Below are positions 61,884-64,000 of a stretch of DNA of 64,000 bases, in pieces. The translations under genes and the position numbers were made by a program. Each line of letters opens with the position of its first letter. Position 1 is the first letter of the stretch. Under the pieces are notes generated by a model, which saw only the letters and a program-made list of their open reading frames with translations, ran no database searches and was not told the origin of the DNA. Source of the DNA: Methanothrix sp. (lineage in GTDB: Archaea; Halobacteriota; Methanosarcinia; Methanotrichales; Methanotrichaceae). The DNA lies in contig JBAXWY010000002.1 in NCBI GenBank assembly GCA_037128175.1, forward strand, positions 83,539-147,538. Reading direction: 5' to 3'.

Positions 61884-64000
61884 TCAGGTATTGCAGGGAA
61901 TGGTGAAATAGAATGCCGTGCCGCTTTCCTTCACCGACTCCACCCAGATCTGCCCCCCATGTCTTTCCACGATCTTCTTGGCAATGGTCAAACCGATACC
62001 TGTTCCTGGGTACTTATCTCTGGCGTGCAGCCTCTGGAAGATGACAAATATTTTCTCGAAATACTGGGGATCTATGCCGATGCCGTTATCCTGGAAGGAG
62101 AATATCCAGTTCGTCCCTTCCTGCTTTGCCGAGATATGAATCAAAGGCGGCTGTGGGCCGTGGAATTTGAGGCCATTGCCTATTAGATTCTGGAAGAGTT
62201 GCACTATCTGCATCTCGTCGGCCATAATTGCCGGCAGAGGGTCATGAGTTACAGTACCCTTGGTTTCATCCAAAACCATTCTTAGATTTTGCAGTGCATT
62301 CTCCAGCACCTTCTCGCACTCCACAGTCTGCAAGGGATGGCCCCCTGTGCCCACCCTGGAACAATCCAGAAGGGCGGCGAGGAGCTGCTTCATGCGTTTC
62401 GTGCCCTCCACGACATAGCCGATGAACTCATCGGCATCCGGGTCGAGCTTACCTTTGTAACGCATATCTAAAAGCTGCACGTAGCTGGTCACCATGCGCA
62501 GCGGCTCTTGCAGATCATGGTTGGCCACATAGGCGAACTGTGCCAGGTCGGCGTTGGACCTGGCCAGATCTTCCGACTTCTTGACCAACGTCGCCTCTGC
62601 CTTCTTGCGTTCGGTGAGATCGACATCGATGCAAAAGAGCATCGGCGTCTTTTCGGGAAGGCACACCGCCGTGTGGATCGAATGCACAGAGATCTGCGAA
62701 CCGTCCTTTCGCAGAAGGTTCACCTCGCCCGCCGGCAAGAACTCGCCCGATTCCTTGAGGGTGGAGGCTTGCGCCAGAGTCTCGCGGTACATCGGCTTGA
62801 TCTCGTCCGGTATAATAAGATCCTCCAGTTTTCTCCCCATTGCCTCCTCTGCGACGTAGCCGTAGATCAGAGCGCTCATCCGGTTCCAGCAAAAGACCGT
62901 CCCTTCAACGTCGTAGCCCTGTATTGCTACAGGCATATTATCCATGAGGTTTGCAAGCGTGGCCTCGCTCTCATGAATCGCCTCTTCAGTACGCTTTCGC
63001 TCATTGATGTCACGCACTACGCTCACCCAGCCTATGTTCTTGCCTTCATTATCCGTTAGAGGTACTACGCTATTTTCTGTGAAAAAGATGGTTCCATCTC
63101 TGCGTTTCATCTGGAATTCCGGCAAAAATAAGAATCCCTTCTCCGCAATGGAGGATTGCAGACGAACTCTGAAATATTCGAGTAAGGCATTGCTGACATG
63201 GAGAAAACCGGTCGAGCGATTTATCATATCTTCTCGGCTATAACCGAATATATCAGAAGCTGCCGGATTGCAGTCAATTATCTTCGTTGAATTTGCTTCA
63301 ATAATAAAAAGTGCATCATGAAGACTTGAGTAGACCTTTTCCAGCAATTGCATAGACTTATGCAGCGCTTCCTCCGCCCGCTTTCCTTCGGTGATGTCTC
63401 TGGCACTTCCCTGGATACCAACGACCATGCCGGTTTTGTCTCTTAATGGTATCGCATTTGAGCTGTGCCAATGCCACGTCCCGTCGATATGCAGCACGCG
63501 ATACTCGACGCCCGTTTGTCGTTGTCCAGTCTCGATCACTGCTCTCAGGAATGTTCGACACACTGCAATATCCTCCGGATGGACGAATTGCTGGAATGGG
63601 TTTCCGATTACCTGAGTTACCTCATGCCCCAGGAGCGCGGTCCAACCTGGAGAAACAAAGGTGAATGTGCCTTCAGGAGTGAGCGCATAGATAATGTCGT
63701 GGCTGTTTTCGATCAATAAGCGATATTTCTCTTCGCTCTCCCGCAGCGCTTGCTCTGTCTTTCTTTTCGTCTCGCGCAGCTCTCTTTGCACCAGAGCCAT
63801 GACCACGGTCTGGCCCAGACGGGCCATGCGGTCCTTGAGCAGGTAATCAGAGGCTCCCCGCTTCATGAATTCAACGGCCACATCCTCTGATATGGTCCCG
63901 CTGATCACAATAAACGGTATATCCAGCTTCCGCTCCTGCATGAGTTGCAGGGCCAGAAAGGCATCGAACTGGGGCAGATTGTAGTCCGACAGGATCAGGT
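61884..64000 (-). CDS. REC-PAS histidine kinase (5' end beyond the window)
   Basis: frame open to the edge (LILSDYNLPQ receiver), PAS domains, HDLQEPLR H-box, DNGIG and GTGIGL. Confidence 0.9.
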   Translation of the reverse strand, partial: LILSDYNLPQFDAFLALQLMQERKLDIPFIVISGTISEDVAVEFMKRGASDYLLKDRMARLGQTVVMALVQRELRETKRKTEQALRESEEKYRLLIENSHDIIYALTPEGTFTFVSPGWTALLGHEVTQVIGNPFQQFVHPEDIAVCRTFLRAVIETGQRQTGVEYRVLHIDGTWHWHSSNAIPLRDKTGMVVGIQGSARDITEGKRAEEALHKSMQLLEKVYSSLHDALFIIEANSTKIIDCNPAASDIFGYSREDMINRSTGFLHVSNALLEYFRVRLQSSIAEKGFLFLPEFQMKRRDGTIFFTENSVVPLTDNEGKNIGWVSVVRDINERKRTEEAIHESEATLANLMDNMPVAIQGYDVEGTVFCWNRMSALIYGYVAEEAMGRKLEDLIIPDEIKPMYRETLAQASTLKESGEFLPAGEVNLLRKDGSQISVHSIHTAVCLPEKTPMLFCIDVDLTERKKAEATLVKKSEDLARSNADLAQFAYVANHDLQEPLRMVTSYVQLLDMRYKGKLDPDADEFIGYVVEGTKRMKQLLAALLDCSRVGTGGHPLQTVECEKVLENALQNLRMVLDETKGTVTHDPLPAIMADEMQIVQLFQNLIGNGLKFHGPQPPLIHISAKQEGTNWIFSFQDNGIGIDPQYFEKIFVIFQRLHARDKYPGTGIGLTIAKKIVERHGGQIWVESVKESGTAFYFTIPCNT

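Noticed and set aside
1-64000. CRISPR array or cas genes
   Set aside because: No regularly spaced 25-40 bp repeats with unique spacers and no recognisable cas gene seen

Overview
64-kb chromosomal window from a methanogenic archaeon, most consistent with a Methanothrix-like genome. This is inferred from cofG, egsA, hef, the oapABC-like trio, an aSelB-like factor, archaeal tRNAs and many small secreted orphans. It is mostly housekeeping: F420/lipid synthesis, argG, ino1, trpDFEGC, NAD kinase, transporters, nth, paaK and PAS histidine kinases. Accessory DNA comprises three tnpB-only IS200/IS605 elements, a type III R-M island with vapBC next to tRNA-Val, a decayed hicAB/ERCC4-like patch and a short dispersed repeat family. 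Highlights: (1) two tnpB elements share a left end, and both reconstruct as insertions exactly into host TAA stop codons, replaced in frame by a TGA from the element's right end so the host protein is unchanged; (2) the type III Res subunit carries an extra C-terminal domain with a HEPN-like RNxxxAH motif; (3) a CACAGAG-periodic repeat occurs three times, always between convergent genes. All calls come from reading sequence and motifs; no database searches were run.
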